This document shows positions 48,877-57,150 of a stretch of DNA of 64,000 nucleotides, piece after piece. The notes under the pieces were generated by a model. That model had not been told where the DNA came from. It saw only the letters and a list, made by a program, of their open reading frames with translations, and did no database searches. The stretch comes from Chelativorans sp. Lineage in GTDB: Bacteria; Pseudomonadota; Alphaproteobacteria; Rhizobiales; Rhizobiaceae. The position numbers and the translations under genes were made by a program. Every line of letters starts with the position of its first letter. Position 1 is the stretch's first letter. Where the stretch lies: positions 150,284 to 214,283 of the forward strand of contig NZ_JAPSLH010000005.1 of the NCBI RefSeq assembly GCF_031180965.1, in the 5' to 3' direction.

Positions 48877-49757
48877 ACGGCGTCACCCCCATGCAGGGCG
48901 CCCTGCTGGCCTTTGTCGCCTATGCCTCTCTTGCTTTCGGCGACGCTCTCATAAAGGGGATCGGCTCCAGGCTTTCTGTCTTCGAGATCGGCTTCTTTGC
49001 CGCCTGTTCCGGCACGCTGGCCATCCTCTTCATGCGCCCGGGAGGGGAGCGCTGGAGCGACTTCTTCCGCCTGCGCCATCCCTGGCTGGTGCAGGCGCGG
49101 TGCGCGACCGGCCTGGGGGCGGGGCTTCTTGGCGTCTATGCATTCACCACGATCCCCTTCGCGGAAGCCTATACGCTGATCTTCCTCGCGCCTTTCGTGG
49201 TGATCCTGCTTTCCATCCTCCTGCTCGGCGAGCGGGTCGGATGGGTCGGGTGGCTGGCCGTGGCGGCCGGCCTGCTGGGCGCTCTTCTCGTCATCCGGCC
49301 CGGCGTGAAGGCGCTCGAATGGGGGCACCTTGCCGCCTTCGGCGTGGCGATGCTGTCGGGCATGACCGTGATCATCCTGCGGCGGATCGCCGGCGCCGAG
49401 AGACGGATATCCCTGCTCGGAATGCCGTATTTCTACGCCGTCATCCTTTTCGGCCTTGCCATGATCCCCGATTTCCGGACGCCGAGCCCAGTGGAATTCG
49501 CCCTTATGGCCGGTGCGGGGCTGCTGTCGGCCTCGGGCCAGCTCGCGCTGCTCACGGCGGCAAAATACGCTCCCGCCAGCGTCGTCGGCCAGGCGCAATA
49601 CAGCCAGCTCCTGTGGGCCGTGCTGATCGGCGCCGTCATCTATGCGGAATATCCCGACGCGCTCGCCATCGCGGGCCTTGCGGTCATCGCCGCGGCGGGC
49701 ATTCTGAACGTCCTGCGCTCGCGCCGGATCGCGGCACCTCCCGCCGCCATCCGCTAG
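48873..49757 (+). CDS. DMT/EamA-family transporter
   Basis: Start at the ATG at 48873 (ATGA overlap). About ten hydrophobic segments, duplicated EamA halves. Confidence 0.8.
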   Translation: MNGVTPMQGALLAFVAYASLAFGDALIKGIGSRLSVFEIGFFAACSGTLAILFMRPGGERWSDFFRLRHPWLVQARCATGLGAGLLGVYAFTTIPFAEAYTLIFLAPFVVILLSILLLGERVGWVGWLAVAAGLLGALLVIRPGVKALEWGHLAAFGVAMLSGMTVIILRRIAGAERRISLLGMPYFYAVILFGLAMIPDFRTPSPVEFALMAGAGLLSASGQLALLTAAKYAPASVVGQAQYSQLLWAVLIGAVIYAEYPDALAIAGLAVIAAAGILNVLRSRRIAAPPAAIR

Positions 49758-51037
49758 CTCTTCATCAGCCGCAGGAATTCCAGCACCATCGCCGCCGTCC
49801 AAGTGAAGCGGTGGCCGCCGCAGGGCTCGCCGGTCAGCGGATCATAATATTCGGCAAAGCCCGACTGAGAGATGAGCTCCAGGCTCGATTGCACAATGCG
49901 ATCCGCAACGGCAGTCTCGCCCACCCTGCGCAGCCCGTCGGCGATCATGTAGTTGGTGACCAGCCAGGCCGGCCCGCGCCAATAGCGCTTCGCCTCGAAG
50001 CGCGGATCGGCCGGATCGTGCGAGGGCACGATGAACTTCGCCGCTGCCGCCTGCCTCTCGACGGTCAGGGCGATGGATCGCGCATGGTCCTCGGGCACCG
50101 CGGCAAAGACGGGAAGGATGCCGCCGATGGAAGCGCTGTCGATCAGGGCGCCGGTAACGCGATCCTTGCACAGATACTGCCCATGCGTGCCGCTCCACAA
50201 CGCGTTCATTGCCGCCAGGCCCGCTTCCGCCCTGGCGCGGTTCTCGGCGGCGAGTCTTGCCTCGCCCAGGCTTTCGGCAAGATCGGCGAGATCGGCGCAG
50301 GAGCGGATCAGGATGGCGTTGAAGCCGGGATCGACGACCTGGAAGGGCGAGGCGTCGTGAAGCTTCGCATTGTCCCAGTTCAAGCCGCGGAAATGCTGCA
50401 CCAGCCAGATATAGCGGTCATACTGCTCCTTGGTCGGACGGTGGGCAGGATCGGCATGTTGGGTATCGCGGCGGGTGTAGGGCTCGACCCCATCGGTGGG
50501 CACGCGCTCGAACGCCTGGTCCCAGTCGACGGAATTGTCGCGGCCGGATTCCCACGGGTGGAGGATGGCAACAAGCCCTTCGCCGCGTGGGTCGCGATGG
50601 GAATAGAACCATCTGTGCCACGCGTCGATCTTCGGCAGCAGCGCCTTGGCCCGCTTCTCAGCCATCTGCCTGTCGCGGGCCCGCTCGTAAAGGCGCCTAA
50701 CGGCAAAGCCGGCGACCGGCGGCTGGGTGATGCCGGAGGTGGCGACGGGTCGGCCCGTCCCCCAGACATTCGGGCCCGGGAAATAGCCATCCGAATAGAC
50801 GTGGAACACGATGTGGGGCACCATCCCGTCCGGCCACTGATGGTCGAAGAGCGTCTCGATCTCCGTCCACGCGCGCTGCTCGTCGAAATGGCTCTGGCCA
50901 AGCGCGGTGAGGCAGGAGTCCCAGTTCCACTGGAACGGATAGAGCCCTTTGGTCGGGATGGTGTAGCCACCCTGGTCGTTCTCCTTCAGAACCTCCACGG
51001 CGTGGTCGAAGATCTTGGATGGATCAAGCGCAATCAT
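49754..51037 (-). CDS. GH63-like hydrolase, glucosylglycerate/mannosylglycerate-hydrolase (GgH/MgH) family, paralogue 1
   Basis: 427 aa; LYPFQWNWDSCLTALG, MVPHIVFH...YFPGPNVW, SGITQPPV, ILHPWESGRDNSVDWD, PTKEQYDRYIWLV, YWRGPAWLVTNY, FAEYYDPLTGEPCGG..FTWTAAMVLEFL. These blocks match what I recall of mycobacterial GgH. Confidence 0.8.
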   Translation of the reverse strand: MIALDPSKIFDHAVEVLKENDQGGYTIPTKGLYPFQWNWDSCLTALGQSHFDEQRAWTEIETLFDHQWPDGMVPHIVFHVYSDGYFPGPNVWGTGRPVATSGITQPPVAGFAVRRLYERARDRQMAEKRAKALLPKIDAWHRWFYSHRDPRGEGLVAILHPWESGRDNSVDWDQAFERVPTDGVEPYTRRDTQHADPAHRPTKEQYDRYIWLVQHFRGLNWDNAKLHDASPFQVVDPGFNAILIRSCADLADLAESLGEARLAAENRARAEAGLAAMNALWSGTHGQYLCKDRVTGALIDSASIGGILPVFAAVPEDHARSIALTVERQAAAAKFIVPSHDPADPRFEAKRYWRGPAWLVTNYMIADGLRRVGETAVADRIVQSSLELISQSGFAEYYDPLTGEPCGGHRFTWTAAMVLEFLRLMKS

Positions 51038-51769
51038 TCAGGCAGCACTCTGTTTCGCGTTGCGTGGGCCCTCGGCCCGATTTGATCGAGCCCCGTACCC
51101 GCCGAGCCGGGTGGCGTCTGCGAAGATCTCGGCGATCTTGGCATGGCCGGCATCGTTCGGGTGCACGTGGTCTTCGCTTAAGAGCAGGTCGCCGCCTTCC
51201 GCGCCCATCCGCTCGTTGACCGGCGCGTAGAACGTGCCGGCTTCGCGGGCGATCTGCTTCACCGTCTCCACATAGGCCTGGAACGCTTCGCGCGTCTGGC
51301 CGGTGAAGCCGGCAGTGCCGACATGAAAGCCGGCATCCGGGATATGCGGCGGGCTGCCGATGCAGATATCTTCAGGGCGATACCCGGCGGCGAACAGCCC
51401 GGCCAGCACTTCCTTGTAGTCGCGCACGAAGTTGGCATGGTGGAACGTCTCCGGCGCGCCGATATAGCGGGCGTCGTTGAAGCCGTAGAGAATCGCGATC
51501 ACGTCAGCGCGGTCCGATCCGAGCAGATCGCGCTCGTATCGCGCGCGCCCGCTATTGGGCTTGGGCTTGCCGTCGGCCATGGGTGATTGCTGCATCACCG
51601 TGCCGGCAATGCCTTTGTTGGCGAGCCGGTCGACCCGGAGGAATGTGGCGAGCAGGTTGGCCCAGCGCTTCTCGGGCGCGCTGGCCGACATGCCTTCGGT
51701 GATCGAATCGCCGAAGGTCGCCAACGACCGCGCGCCGCGCTTGCGGACATGTTCCGCGAAACCGGTCAT
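51038..51769 (-). CDS. SGNH/GDSL-family esterase/acylhydrolase
   Basis: LATFGDSITEGM (block I GDS), ILYGFNDA (block III) and DHVHPN (block V DxxH). Confidence 0.8.
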   Translation of the reverse strand: MTGFAEHVRKRGARSLATFGDSITEGMSASAPEKRWANLLATFLRVDRLANKGIAGTVMQQSPMADGKPKPNSGRARYERDLLGSDRADVIAILYGFNDARYIGAPETFHHANFVRDYKEVLAGLFAAGYRPEDICIGSPPHIPDAGFHVGTAGFTGQTREAFQAYVETVKQIAREAGTFYAPVNERMGAEGGDLLLSEDHVHPNDAGHAKIAEIFADATRLGGYGARSNRAEGPRNAKQSAA

Positions 51770-53037
51770 TGCTCCGGCTCCAGGAATTCCAGCACCATGG
51801 CTGCGGTCCAGCTGAAGCGCGTGCCTCCCAGCGGCGCCCCGTCATGCGGATCGTAATATTCGGCGAACCCGCTCTTCTCGATGAGGGACAGGCTGTCTGC
51901 GATGATGCGCCGTGCTAGCTCGCCCTCGCCGGCGCGTGCAAGGCCTTCGGAGATAAGATAGTTGCACACCAGCCAGACCGGTCCCCGCCAGTACCGCTTC
52001 ATGTCGAAGCGGGGGTCGCGGGGATCATGGCTCGGCACCAGGTAGCGCACATGGCTGCCGATGGCGCGGATGGTTGCGGCAAGGGCAGCGGCGCGCTGCG
52101 GCGGTATCGGCGCGAAGAGGGGGATCAGCCCACCGATGGAGGGGCTGTCGACCGGTTCTCCCGAAACCCGGTCGCGGCACAGATACTGCTGTCGCGGCTC
52201 GCTCCAGAGCGTATCGAGCGCCCGCAGCCCGCGCTGCGCCCAGGCCTCGTTGCGCCGGGCGATCTCCCCTTCGCTCAGGGCTTCGGCAAGGGCGGCGGTC
52301 TCAAGACAGGAGCGGATGAGAATGGCGTTGAAGCCGGGATCGACGATGCGGAAGGGCGAGGCGTCATGCAGGCGGGTCGAGTCCCAGCCAAGTTCCCTGA
52401 AATGCTGGACGAGCCAGAGATAGCGGTCGTACTGCTCCTTGGTCGGGCGCGTCGCCGGATCAGCGTGCTTCGTGTCGTTGCGCTGGTAGGACGCGACGCC
52501 CTCCGTGGGGACGCGCGCAAAGCCCTCGTCCCAATCCACTGAATTGTCGCGCGATTCCCAGGGATGGATAATGGCCACCAGCCCTTCGCCCGCCGGGTCG
52601 CGCGTGCGGTAGAACCAGGCGTGCCACCGGTCGAGCCCGGCGAGGAGCACGCGCGCGCGCGCCTCTGCGCCCGGCAGTCCGCCGCTGCGCCGGAAGAGGC
52701 GGTTGACGGCGAAGCCGGCGATCGGCAGCTGCGTGATGCCTGAGGTGGGCACTCCCCGCCCCGTGGCCCAGACATCGGGACCGGGAAAGTAGGAGGGAGC
52801 CGCCTCGTGGAACACCATATGCGGCACCATCCCGTCGTCCCACTGGTGGGCGAAGAGCGTCTCGACCTCGGTCCATGCGCGGTCGAGGTCGTAATGGGAC
52901 TGACCCAGGGCGGTGAAGCAGGAATCCCAGTTCCACTGAAAGGGATAAAGTCCTTTCGTGGGCACGGTGTAGGTGCCGCGGTCGTTCTCGCGCAGAACCT
53001 CGATTGCCGTCCGGGCGGTGGAGGATCGGTTGGCCAT
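51766..53037 (-). CDS. GH63-like hydrolase, GgH/MgH family, paralogue 2
   Basis: Start at the ATG at 53037 (MANRSSTARTAIEVLRENDRGTYTVPTKGLYPFQWNWDSCFTALG...). Collinear with paralogue 1, roughly two-thirds identical by eye. Confidence 0.8.
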   Translation of the reverse strand: MANRSSTARTAIEVLRENDRGTYTVPTKGLYPFQWNWDSCFTALGQSHYDLDRAWTEVETLFAHQWDDGMVPHMVFHEAAPSYFPGPDVWATGRGVPTSGITQLPIAGFAVNRLFRRSGGLPGAEARARVLLAGLDRWHAWFYRTRDPAGEGLVAIIHPWESRDNSVDWDEGFARVPTEGVASYQRNDTKHADPATRPTKEQYDRYLWLVQHFRELGWDSTRLHDASPFRIVDPGFNAILIRSCLETAALAEALSEGEIARRNEAWAQRGLRALDTLWSEPRQQYLCRDRVSGEPVDSPSIGGLIPLFAPIPPQRAAALAATIRAIGSHVRYLVPSHDPRDPRFDMKRYWRGPVWLVCNYLISEGLARAGEGELARRIIADSLSLIEKSGFAEYYDPHDGAPLGGTRFSWTAAMVLEFLEPEQ

Positions 53038-53044
53038 GGTTCGT

Positions 53045-54085
53045 TCAGACGGCCATGCCGCTCTCGGGATCGAACCAGCGCACCCGGTCCGGCTTGGGCG
53101 CCAGGCGCAGCGTGTCGCCGGGCGTGACGGCAAGGTCGGACTCCACCACCGCGCGGAAGAGAGCCCCCTCCACCTCGCAGGTCAGCAATGTGTGGACGCC
53201 CAGCGGTTCCACCACGCGCACGGTCGCCGGAATACCTTCGGCGCCGACCGTGACATCTTCTGGGCGAATGGCAAATTCCAGCCGGTCACGCGAGGCCTGC
53301 GGGCCGTCGAGTGCGACACCGGCGACCTGCCATTTGCCGTCGCCTGCTCGCTTCGCCGGTATGAAGTTCATGGGCGGATTGCCGATGAAGCTGCCGACGA
53401 AGCGGGCGGCCGGATTGCGGTAGACCTCCACAGGCCGGGCCGCCTGCACGATCTTTCCGGCATTCATGACCGAAATCCGGTCGGCAAGGCTCATTGCCTC
53501 CACCTGGTCGTGGGTGACATAGATTGTGGTGGTCTTGCTGGCGGCCAGAACGCCCTTGAGCTCGGCCCGCATCTCGAGCCTGAGGAGCGCGTCGAGGTTG
53601 GACAGTGGCTCGTCCATCAGGATGACGTCCGGCTCCATGGCGAGCGCCCGGGCGACGGCGACGCGCTGGCGCTGGCCGCCCGAAAGCTGGCCCGAATAGC
53701 GCTTCAGCAACTGCTCGATATGCATGAGCTCGGCGGTGCGCGTGACCCGGCGCTCGATCTCCTGCCGCGGAAGCTTCTTCATCCTCAGGCCGAAGGCGAT
53801 GTTCTCGAATACGGTCAGATGCGGGAAGACGGCGTAGTTCTGGAAGACCATGGCGATGCCGCGCTCGCGCGGCGGAAGCCCGTCGACGCGCCGCCCGCCG
53901 ATCCACACCTCGCCCTGGCTCGGCGTCTCCAGCCCGGCAATGATGCGAAGGAGCGTGGTCTTGCCGCAGCCCGAGGCGCCAAGCAGCACCATGAATTCCT
54001 GATCGGCGATCGTCAGGTCGATCGAATGGAGCGCGTGGAATCCGCCGAAGCTCTTGGCGACCTTCTTGATGACGATTTCGGCCAT
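53045..54085 (-). CDS. carbohydrate ABC importer ATP-binding protein (MalK/UgpC type)
   Basis: Start at the ATG at 54085. MAEIVIKKVAKSFGGFHALHSIDLTIADQEFMVLLGASGCGKTTLLR, LSGGQRQRVAVARAL, and a C-terminal regulatory/TOBE-like domain. Confidence 0.9.
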   Translation of the reverse strand: MAEIVIKKVAKSFGGFHALHSIDLTIADQEFMVLLGASGCGKTTLLRIIAGLETPSQGEVWIGGRRVDGLPPRERGIAMVFQNYAVFPHLTVFENIAFGLRMKKLPRQEIERRVTRTAELMHIEQLLKRYSGQLSGGQRQRVAVARALAMEPDVILMDEPLSNLDALLRLEMRAELKGVLAASKTTTIYVTHDQVEAMSLADRISVMNAGKIVQAARPVEVYRNPAARFVGSFIGNPPMNFIPAKRAGDGKWQVAGVALDGPQASRDRLEFAIRPEDVTVGAEGIPATVRVVEPLGVHTLLTCEVEGALFRAVVESDLAVTPGDTLRLAPKPDRVRWFDPESGMAV

Positions 54086-54095
54086 GAAGGGACTC

Positions 54096-54941
54096 CTAGC
54101 GGTTCGCGATGCCCCACATCGCAAAGAGGTATCTGCGAACGGCAAAGATGAAGATGAGGGCGGGAATGACCAGCGCCGCGCCGCCCGCGAATTTGAGGTG
54201 CAGCGGCGAGACGTTGAGGCTCTGGACGAGAAAGGCGGGAAGCGTCCGGTTCTGGATCGTCAGCACCGCCGCGGCAAAGACCTCGTTCCATGAGATGGTG
54301 AAGGCGAATACGGCTGAGGCGGCGATGCCGGGCATCACCAATGGCAGAACGACCTTGCGGAAGGCCTGCCAGCGGTTGCAGCCGAGCGTCCACGCCGCCT
54401 CCTCGAGTTCGATCGGAATGCCGGAGAAGAGCGAGAAGGTGATGAGCACCGCGAAGGGGAGGGCAAGGACCGTATGCACGATGGCGAGGCCGAAGGCCGT
54501 ATCGTCCAGGCCGGTGCGGATGAACAGTACGGCCAGCGGCAAGGCGAGCAGCGGCAGCGGGAATGCGCGGGTCATCACCACCAGCATCCGGAAGGATTCC
54601 TTGCCCGGAAAATCGAAGCGCGACAGCGCATAGCCGGCTGGCGCGCCGATGCCGATGGAAAGCACCATGGTAAGCACGGCGACGAGCACGGAATTGCCGA
54701 GCGCCTGCAGCACGCCGGCGAAGGAAAGGAAAAACCGGACCGAGCCGAAGTCGAAGGAGGGCAGGCCTGTCTTTGGGAAGCCGCTCACCTCCTGCGGCGA
54801 GGAGAGCGCGTTGACGAAGAGCAGGTAGATCGGCAGCAATACCCAGATGCACAGCACCACGATGGCTGCGATGAAGAGGAATCTGGCGGCGGAGCGCACC
54901 TCGACCTTATGCGGCGCGTCTACGCTGACGGCAGTGCTCAT
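54096..54941 (-). CDS. carbohydrate ABC importer permease (MalG type)
   Basis: Start at the ATG at 54941 (ATGA overlap). 281 aa, 6 TM. EAA-loop region IELEEAAWTLGCNRWQAFRKVVLP. Confidence 0.9.
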   Translation of the reverse strand: MSTAVSVDAPHKVEVRSAARFLFIAAIVVLCIWVLLPIYLLFVNALSSPQEVSGFPKTGLPSFDFGSVRFFLSFAGVLQALGNSVLVAVLTMVLSIGIGAPAGYALSRFDFPGKESFRMLVVMTRAFPLPLLALPLAVLFIRTGLDDTAFGLAIVHTVLALPFAVLITFSLFSGIPIELEEAAWTLGCNRWQAFRKVVLPLVMPGIAASAVFAFTISWNEVFAAAVLTIQNRTLPAFLVQSLNVSPLHLKFAGGAALVIPALIFIFAVRRYLFAMWGIANR

Positions 54942-55783
54942 ATCTTCGCTCCCTTGGGCACGCGGAGCGCCCACAGATAGAAGAGGGTGGCGGCGATGGA
55001 GATGGCGAGGATGACCATCGCATAGGCCGAGGCCACGTGCCGGTCCTGCAGCGCGAATTGCCACTGGAAGGTTTCGCCCATGAGGACGGGGAGGGTGGTG
55101 CCCCCGAGTGTGATCACGACGGCAAAGACCTCGAACGCAAGCAGCGTGCGCAGGATGAGCGCGGTCTGCAGGCTCGGCCGCAGGAGCGGAAGCGTGATCT
55201 TGACGAACCGTTTCCACGGTCCGGCGCCGAAGACCTCGGCGGCCTCGTAATATTCCTTGGGGATGAGGCCCATACCCGAGACCAGGATCACCATGACGAT
55301 TGCGGTCGCGCGCCACGCCTCGGCGATGACCACTGCGGCGAAGATCACCCAGACATTCTGGTAGCCGAGGAAAAGAATCGGGCGCTCGATGATGCCAAGG
55401 CCCACCAGGAGCGAGTTCAGGAATCCCGATTGCTCGAAGATGGCGAGCCAGATGATTCCGGACGCCAGATCGGAAAGCCCGAGGGGGATCGAGAAGATGT
55501 AGAGGATCGAGCTGCGCCCGCTTTCAAGCTTGCTGACGATGGTGGCCATCGAGAGCGCGAGCATCAGCTGGATCGGCACGACAACCGCGGCCAGTAGCAG
55601 TGTCCAGCCCAGGGCCGCCTTGAATTTCCAGTGGCTCGCCATGGTCTGCACGTGCTGCAGCGTGAAACCCTCGGCCCCAGTGAAGGCGAGCAGCGCGATC
55701 TGCACGAACGGGTAGACGAAGAACACCAGCAGGAACAGCGTCGCCGGCAGCAGCAGGACGTAGGGTAAGACCTTCGGGTGCAT
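54938..55783 (-). CDS. carbohydrate ABC importer permease (MalF type)
   Basis: 281 aa, 6 TM. EAA loop YYEAAEVFGAGPWKRFVKITLP. Confidence 0.9.
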   Translation of the reverse strand: MHPKVLPYVLLLPATLFLLVFFVYPFVQIALLAFTGAEGFTLQHVQTMASHWKFKAALGWTLLLAAVVVPIQLMLALSMATIVSKLESGRSSILYIFSIPLGLSDLASGIIWLAIFEQSGFLNSLLVGLGIIERPILFLGYQNVWVIFAAVVIAEAWRATAIVMVILVSGMGLIPKEYYEAAEVFGAGPWKRFVKITLPLLRPSLQTALILRTLLAFEVFAVVITLGGTTLPVLMGETFQWQFALQDRHVASAYAMVILAISIAATLFYLWALRVPKGAKI

Positions 55784-55803
55784 CGGTCCTCCGGTCGCCG
55801 GTC

Positions 55804-55841
55804 TTCCGCCGCCCGATGCCGGAAGGGAACGGGCGGCGGAA
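55804..55841 (-). other. perfect 12-bp intercistronic hairpin after the binding-protein gene
   Basis: TTCCGCCGCCCG-(14 nt)-CGGGCGGCGGAA between the SBP and the first permease gene. No U-tract. Confidence 0.55.
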
Positions 55842-55851
55842 AAGCAGCGTC

Positions 55852-57120
55852 TTATTCGACGGGGCAGGGGCCGTCGGAAGGCTGGTCCGGCAGCCAGCAG
55901 GGAGCCTTTGCCTGCTCCATGATGCTGCGCAGCGTCTCAGCCTGCTGGTCCAGCACATCTCTGACCGGCTGGCCTGCCAGTACGATGCGCTCGAACGCAT
56001 CGGTATAGACCTGGTTGAACTGGCCGCCGAGATCGCCGAGGCCCACCGGCAGCAGCGACGGCACGGCATCCTCCGCCGAGGTCATCGCCTGGATCGCCGG
56101 TCCCAGCGCCCTGGCGGAGGCCGGCAGGTCTTCTGGCAGGGTCACCTCGATGGTCGGGAAGAAATTTGTGGCCAGCAGTGTCGCCACCTGCGTCTCCGGC
56201 TGCATCATGTAGCGGACGAGCCGCTTCGAAGCCTCGACATCCGGGGCGCCCTTCGGCACGGCGATGCCCGCCAGCACAGGCATGAAGCCGCGCCCCGCGG
56301 GACCGGCCGGGGCCGGGAACGCGACGAAGTCGTCCGGCCGCTGATTGAAGGCGTCTGCGAGCCGGGCGATGTGATCGAAGGCCACCCAGACGTCGCCGCT
56401 GAGGAGCGGCTCCTGCATGAAGGCGTAATTCGTCGAGGCCGGATTCGTGTACTGCCAGAGCTCCTTGAACATGTTCCAGCCCGCTTCCGCCTCGTCCGAA
56501 GCGAATTTGGTCACGGTCGAGTTGGCGTAGGAGGGCAGCAGGAAACCCTGGAAGAAGCGGTGCTTCAGCCCCTGCGGGCCGGCGGGGAAGCCGAATTTCG
56601 GCGAGCCGGTCTGCTCGGCCATCGCCTTGGCCCACTGCACCAGCTGGTCATAGGTGAGCGCATTGATGTCGGCACCCTCCGGCAGGTATTCCAGCGACTG
56701 CTTGTTGGCGGCCATCACATAGTTGGCCTGCATCCAGGGCAGGTATTTCTGCTCCTGCGTGCCGAGCTTTCCCAGTTCCAGGAAGGCCGGCGTGACCTCA
56801 ATCCCGCCGAGATCGACGCCCGAAAGGTCGGCCCAGTGTTCGGCATATGTCGCCAGCTCACCATGCAGCGCCCCCACGACGCCGATCGAGCCGGACCCGG
56901 CTTCGAGCTCCGCCTCGAGGCGCGTGACGAAAGGCCCCACTTCCTGGGGCTGGAAGTCGACGCCGCCCTCGAAGCCGGAAAGAACATCCTCGCGCATCTT
57001 CTGGGTTTCTTCGACCGGCGCGGCCTGGGTCGACCAGAACAGCACCTGCGCGGTTGCGGCGTGCGCCGAAATGGACAGGGCGAGGGTCGCTCCCGTCAGG
57101 ATGGAGATGGTCTTGTGCAC
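55852..57120 (-). CDS. family-1 extracellular solute-binding protein (carbohydrate ABC importer)
   Basis: 422 aa; signal peptide MHKTISILTGATLALSISAHAATAQ; MalE-like SBP_bac_1 pattern. Confidence 0.85.
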   Translation of the reverse strand: MHKTISILTGATLALSISAHAATAQVLFWSTQAAPVEETQKMREDVLSGFEGGVDFQPQEVGPFVTRLEAELEAGSGSIGVVGALHGELATYAEHWADLSGVDLGGIEVTPAFLELGKLGTQEQKYLPWMQANYVMAANKQSLEYLPEGADINALTYDQLVQWAKAMAEQTGSPKFGFPAGPQGLKHRFFQGFLLPSYANSTVTKFASDEAEAGWNMFKELWQYTNPASTNYAFMQEPLLSGDVWVAFDHIARLADAFNQRPDDFVAFPAPAGPAGRGFMPVLAGIAVPKGAPDVEASKRLVRYMMQPETQVATLLATNFFPTIEVTLPEDLPASARALGPAIQAMTSAEDAVPSLLPVGLGDLGGQFNQVYTDAFERIVLAGQPVRDVLDQQAETLRSIMEQAKAPCWLPDQPSDGPCPVE

Positions 57121-57150
57121 CTTGATTTCCTCCCTTGTTGCAGTCGTGGA

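Noticed and set aside
48824-51085. 753-aa plus-strand ORF spanning the DMT gene (out of frame) and the antisense of GH63 paralogue 1
   Set aside because: The translation is Arg/Pro/Gly-rich. The real genes are the in-frame DMT ORF (48873-49757, +) and the GH63 gene (49754-51037, -).
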